Positions 58,807 to 64,000 of a DNA stretch of 64,000 bases are shown piece after piece. The notes beneath the pieces are model-generated. The model did not search any database. It worked only from the letters and a program-made list of their open reading frames with translations, and was not told where the DNA came from. Location: contig CAJINV010000004.1 of assembly GCA_905178155.1 (NCBI GenBank), positions 3,443,320 to 3,507,319 on the forward strand, written 5' to 3'. The translations under genes and the position numbers were made by a program. Each line of letters starts with the position of its first letter. The first letter of the stretch is position 1. Source of the stretch: Amoebophrya sp. A120 (taxonomy: Eukaryota > Protista > Dinoflagellata).

Positions 58807-59068
58807 TATCAAATGTAAAAATGTCTGGGTCTGGAAGAAGGCAACTTGTGATGCTGAACTTGGATTCTAAAAAAATCTGTATTGCATGAGCAGCAAAGGG
58901 AACGCAATTTTTGCTACGCGGAGAGGGCATTTGTCATGCGGAATAGGCATCGCGAAGCCCTCAAAAAATCTGTGATGCTAGGGCATGCATCGCAGACATC
59001 ATGGCCAATGCAAAACATGCATGACAAGTCTCAGAATCTTCCAGACCCAGACATTTTTACATTTGATA
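58807..59068. mobile_element. Family A element upstream of the ATG (5' UTR or intergenic)
   Basis: TSD GGGAG/GGGAC; near-perfect TIR. Confidence 0.93.
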
Positions 59069-59786
59069 GGGACGAGGACGATACAATCTTTATTACAGCT
59101 GCGGGATTACGTCGCGTTATTCTTGTGAAGTGGTGTAAAACCTTCGGGAACGCCTACACTTGCATCACGATCATCAAAGTCGACAAGTATAGCGTACAGG
59201 AAAGAACTTAAGTAAAAATATCTCCCTCTGATCCACTACCTCTCTCATCACGAACTCCTTTTACAACAACGACTCACACGGGCCAAGACGCGTTACGCTC
59301 ACTCTGCTCTCCTCCCAACGTGCGTCGTGTTTCTTCACGCACAGTCGCGAAACATCAAACTACAGGCTATTCCCAAGTAGAAAAGCTGCATTTACGCAGC
59401 ACCAAACGGTGGCTGCTGGCAGTCCACTCGATCTTCGATTTTTTAGCGGTTCTTATGATATAAAAACTATGTACTTTCGAAGTAAGTTCGACGCGTCTTC
59501 GTGCGGCCAGCAACTGCGCCTTCTACAGGGTGCATTGAGCCGGATCTTTTTGACATCATCTCAACCGGGGTTTTTGTTCTTAAATAGGGCTGAAATCTGA
59601 AAAGCCTCTCTACGTGTTGAGCCGTGAATACTATACTGATCAGGCTTCTGACGAGGACCATCGATTATACCGCACATAGTGATTCTGCAGCCGCACGACG
59701 AGAATCTTCCTCACATCATGACCTTTTCCCGCAATCAAAGTGATCATCCAGCTCTGCATGTGGACCTAAGTGCGCAGCCGTCTGTC

Positions 59787-62700
59787 CTAAGTCCCCCGGG
59801 TCGCGCCGTGACCGTAAATGTTTCTGCCCTGCAATTTTAAAGCGTTGATAACTTCGGCCGGGCGCACGGTGGTGCGGCCCTGAAATTTGGTCAGGATCCA
59901 CAGCTGTTCGACGGTTTTTTCCAACCAGGACTGGAACATGAGCCGAAGTTTTGTGAGGAAAAATTTCCCCTCCCCATACCGACCAGGACATTTGTGATGC
60001 CGGATTTGCGTAGACAAATCGACTTGTATTGCCAGAAGGCCAAAAGACGCAGCTGTGGCCTGAATTGTAGGCAAGTTGTGATGCTGTTTCCCTGTTCCAG
60101 TTGCCTCCTGTCATGCTGAAGATGCAAGGCTTTGTTCCCACGCCAGCCAGCATTACAGTCCGCATTCTTTGCCCTCTAGCATGACAACATGATTTGTGGC
60201 CACAAATCAGCACCACAAATTTTCGTTTTGATATGGGGAGGATGGATTTTTCCTTACGATACGAATCGGATGGTACACTCCGGAGCCGATCCGCTTCACG
60301 CCGCCCCGCCGCGCGAGCCGCCGGATCGCGCTCTTGCACAGGTTGTTCTCGATCACCTCTTGGAGGACGGGGCTTTTCTTCATATTTTGTCCACTCCGCT
60401 GGTCCAGCTCCTGCATCGCGTTCAGGTCTTTGCCGCTCAGAAGCGCCTTTTGCAAGGGATGAAATCCGGCACGGTAGGCATCGTTTTCGTTCCTCCATTT
60501 CTTCAGGTAGAGCTTCACTTCCTTCCATTTTTCTTTATCTAATTCTTCCCCGGTGCAGTCGCACATTTCCTGCTCGAACTTCATTTTGCTCCCCTTTCCC
60601 CACGGAGTTTCGGTGGGGCCGTCCTTGTTCTGCTTCACCCGGATCTCCTCCTGGGCCGCAAACTGCAGCTGGTAGGTGTTTTTGTACATGTACTGCAGCA
60701 TCTTGCCGAAGGTGGCCAGGTACCACATGCGGTAGCTGAAGTACTGCACGCTTGTCGTGCATTGAGCCCCGCCGGTCGCCTTCTCGAACTTCCCCGACGT
60801 GTAGAACTCGAGCGCCCCGAACGCCGTCGTGCGCAGAACGGGCACCGGGGTGGTCTGGATGCGCGTACAAAACTGCTCTTGCTCCTTGGACCGGTTCTCC
60901 GGCTCTGTGACGTAGCCCAGCATCAGACTACTTCGAAAAGGTAGGTCGACTGTGTCGTGGCCCACGGGCTGCAAACTCGTGACCGCGTTGAGAAATCCGG
61001 GGTTCGGGTAGCGGTCCGGCACCACGATTTCCCCCGAAGCAGCATTCTGCATGTTCTTGTAATAGCCACCCTGGTAGGAGGAAGTGTCGTGAAACAGTCC
61101 GTAATCCGGCTGGTGCACGACTCCGCCGAGCAACTGCAGGCCGGCGTGCGGTCCGAGTGGTCCTGCGGCACCGAAGAGCGAGTCACTGCTCTTCCCGCCC
61201 ATGGCACCCAGCTTGGTGCCCTGCGCAAAGGCCTTTTTGGACTGAAAGTTGCCACCCAGCGTGGAGGACGCAGCTGCACCTTTTTTCTTGGACGCAAAAG
61301 GGCGCGAGCCGCGGCCGAAGGGGTCCGCGAAGAGAGAGGACTGTTCCGTACCCGGCGTGCTCTCGGTGCCGCAAATGTGGAACGACTCGGAGTCACAGGA
61401 CCCCGCGCTGGCGCCGCTGCTCGCAAGGTAGCTCGAGGCCGGCGCGCGGCGGGGAACTCCGCTGGTGACGCTGCTGCCTCCTGGGTTGCCAACGCCGCTC
61501 GTCGCGAGACCATCGTTAGGAAGCTGGTCGTGTCGACGCCCGCCGTTCTCGTAGTACATGGGCTCGCTTATGAGACAGAGAAAAGAAGACAGGGCATAAG
61601 TATCTGTAATGCGAAGCATGAGTAGCAGGAAAATCTGTCATGGGCGCGACCCCATAGCACGCTGCTTGGAGGGATATGGATATGCAGTGCAGAAGCAGAT
61701 CTTTTAATTCATTTCTACTATATACAAATGTGCCCTGCCCGCTTTTTTCTGTGGGATATCGGCGGACGACGAGACCGCCGACGGTGTGGCCGCGTTAATA
61801 TCTCCGTGACTTCTGCCGCCGAACCGCTGCTCCTCCTCTTCCTCTATCAAGTGCAAATATGTCTGGGTCTGGGAGAGTGTAAACTTGTCACGCAGCTTTT
61901 CCATGGCCCATGAGGCCTGGAATGCGGGACTTAGCATGACAGACCCTGCGAGGTCTCTGCCATGCCTATCCTGCATGGGAAACTCCTTCCCAACTTGGTC
62001 GAAAGTGGACAGCTTTTGGCACTCATGCAACACAGATTTTTGTATGCTTCAGATTTACCATGACAAGTTACCATCTTCCAGACCCAGACACTTTTGCATT
62101 TGATATCCTCATCCGTGCAGCACTGTTCCCGCCCGCTGTCCGGATCCTCCAATCCTGGCGCGAGGATGAAACCGCGGCCGGCGCTATTTTATCGCAAGAA
62201 AAAACTGTTTCACTGTAAACTTGTAATGCAGAAACTGCAGCTGAGAAGTGTTTGTCTTGCTACACATGCAAGACACTAGATTTTTAACTGTGTTTTCCTT
62301 TAAAAGTCTCGCATGCCAAGTTTTCTTTGTCATGTGTAACAAACTTGTGATGCAAAACTTGCAAAATCCTTACAGTGAAACACTACTTTTTTCGTACGAT
62401 ATACTGGGTCGTTTTTTCGCTCGCTTAGACGAACACAACGCCTCCTCGTCATCATCATCGCCATCCTGAAGTAGAGAGCAGCGCCAGCGGCCCGATCTTC
62501 TACTACTCGGCCTCTTTCCAGCACCACGACCAAGCTCGCGACGAACAGAAATAGAGTTCTTCGATCCCACTAGACTGGCCTCCGCGACCTGTGAGGCCGC
62601 TGCTCTACTTGCGGAGGTAGACGCTCGTCCTTTGTTGATCTTCAGATTTTTGAAGGCAGTAGCAGTACCACTGTGGAGGTCCAGCCCCGGAGCAGCAGGG

Positions 62701-63964
62701 ACACGACCCCGGGAAGAAGAAGAAGAGGCAGAAGCACGACTCCCCCGCCCGGTCACCATCTTGAACTCTCCGCGGCTCCTTCTGGAAAAGCTATCCTCTC
62801 GCGAGGCGCCGCCGCCCCCGCCCCCGCAATTCGAGACCGGCGTCCCGTCACTGTCTGCGCCGCCGCTGGTATCAAAATGAAAAGCCCCCCCCCCGCCGCA
62901 CAATCAAGTGGAAGCCTGTGCAGGAGCAGCGCGACCTGTGTACACAGATGAGGTTTATTGTCCTGCCGAGAGGGACCAGTGCGCGAAGTGGAGGTCCTAA
63001 GCGTAGTACGCAGAGATGTTTTTGTGCTAGCTTAGCATAGCAGAGGCTGCGGCCTGCCCCAGCATTAGAAGTACAAATCGCCTGCAAAATACAATCATGC
63101 AGCGGGCTCTCTGGATTTGCCCGCCTGCAAAAAACTTCGTGGCAGTTCAGTATCACGAAGCTTTCGGAGCGTAAATAGTACTTTAACTTTTTCATCACAA
63201 TGGGGACGAGCAAGGGGGGGTCCACATATTTTCCCCTCAATAACTGGCGAGGAAACCGCCCGGCGGGTTGCCGCCTATCCTGAGTAAAAACGTACCCACA
63301 CCAGAGTTGTAATGCAGATTTGCAAAGACAGGAAGACTTGTAACGCGCATCCCCATGAGAGCCATTTCCAGTCGTGTTTTGGAATTTGTGATGCCGTGAA
63401 CAGGATGAGCAGATGAATCTGTGATGCGGCTGCACTTGCTAACCTGCACTACACTGCATAGCGCACCTTGTCATGCGTGACTCACAAAACTCCTAGGTTT
63501 GTGTTGCAAAATCTCCATCCTGACTTTGGTGTGGGTACGTTTTTACTCAGGATACCGCCGAGCATGTGTTCGCGCCGGTAGGACCCGTCGCTCGCGAAAT
63601 CGTCCGTCGGATCGTTGCCCAGGCCCAAGTGCCGCGCACTGTCCGAGGAATATTCCCCCTCGGAATTATCGTAGCTGTTTTCGCTGTGCAGCTCTGGACG
63701 AACTGCATTTTTCATTCGTCCCAGGCTGCTCTTGTTTCCCATTTGTAGTCCCGATTGCAATTCATCGCCACAGCGAAGATCTCGTTGTAGGGACGATGAC
63801 ACGTTATTTGCTGTTGTTCCTATAGTCCCTCGTCCTAGTGAACAACTACTACCATGGCGCCCTTGATGCTCGCAGTTCTCTGCGCCAGGGCTGGGTCTCA
63901 TGGTCTCTGAAGCCCCTGCTCGTGCTGGCTCGGGTACAGCTCCCCCTTTGCTGGCCGCCTTCCG
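59787..63964 (-). CDS. >839-aa protein with a C-terminal divergent histone H4 fold (5' end outside window)
   Basis: 2520 exonic nt are open across six introners; ends LCKSAIRRLARRGGVKRIGSGVYHPIR|LMFQSWLEKTVEQLWILTKFQGRTTVRPAEVINALKLQGRNIYGHGATRGT*, colinear with H4. Confidence 0.9.
59949..60261. mobile_element. Introner family C, inside the H4 fold
   Basis: TSD CGAAG/CGAAT; inverted relative to copies at 24889 and 44676. Confidence 0.92.
61569..61758. mobile_element. Introner family E-like
   Basis: TSD TCGCT/TCGGC; frame restored. Confidence 0.8.
61845..62105. mobile_element. Introner family A
   Basis: TSD TCCTC/TCCTC. Confidence 0.95.
62190..62401. mobile_element. Introner family D
   Basis: Sister of 839-1050; TSD TATTT/TACTG; frame restored. 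Confidence 0.9.
62870..63242. mobile_element. Introner family C-like
   Basis: TSD GCTGG/ACTGG; frame restored. Confidence 0.82.
63276..63554. mobile_element. Introner family B
   Basis: TSD CCGCC/CCGCC. Confidence 0.97.
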
Positions 63965-64000
63965 TATCACACAGAAAAAAGCAGGCATTTGTAATGCAAA
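63965..64000. mobile_element. Introner family E (partial, runs off the window)
   Basis: TATCACACAGAAAAAAGCAGGCATTTGTAATGC matches the TIR at 29580. Confidence 0.85.

Noticed and set aside
59787-60365. Assigning a canonical histone H4 gene symbol
   Set aside because: No H4 tail, a heavily substituted central helix, and in-frame fusion to >750 aa.
37-63449. Recurring short ORFs with CKNVWVWK, LPDPDIF, FQTQTFLHL, SGVGTFLLRI or WGGGIFP
   Set aside because: These are translations of the introner TIRs in different frames, not a protein family.

Overview
Eukaryotic protist genomic DNA. I could reconstruct about 12 protein-coding genes, all on the minus strand. I delineated 63 short elements (mostly 136-431 bp, up to 918 bp with cargo) with terminal inverted repeats (TIRs; typically TAT-N7-AAA(A)...TTT-N7-ATA) and 5-bp target-site duplications (TSDs). 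Nearly all interrupt these genes. Removing an element plus one TSD copy restores the reading frame at essentially every coding junction I tested by hand, so they behave as non-canonical introner introns. This matches what is known for the parasitic dinoflagellate Amoebophrya (Syndiniales); the organism call is inference. Splicing them out reveals a glutaredoxin-DEP-DUF547 gene, a SAM + FCS-zinc-finger gene and a signal-peptide + RING gene. Most notably it reveals a >839-aa low-complexity protein ending in a complete but divergent histone H4 fold. Non-coding features include a repeat/cargo/repeat array with a perfect 59-bp-arm palindrome (2-5 kb), a 2.2-kb long-TIR element with a G-rich minisatellite, an endonuclease-only non-LTR remnant, and insertions nested inside introners. 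All coordinates and splices were derived by eye and need RNA-seq confirmation. Family letters A-J are my own labels.
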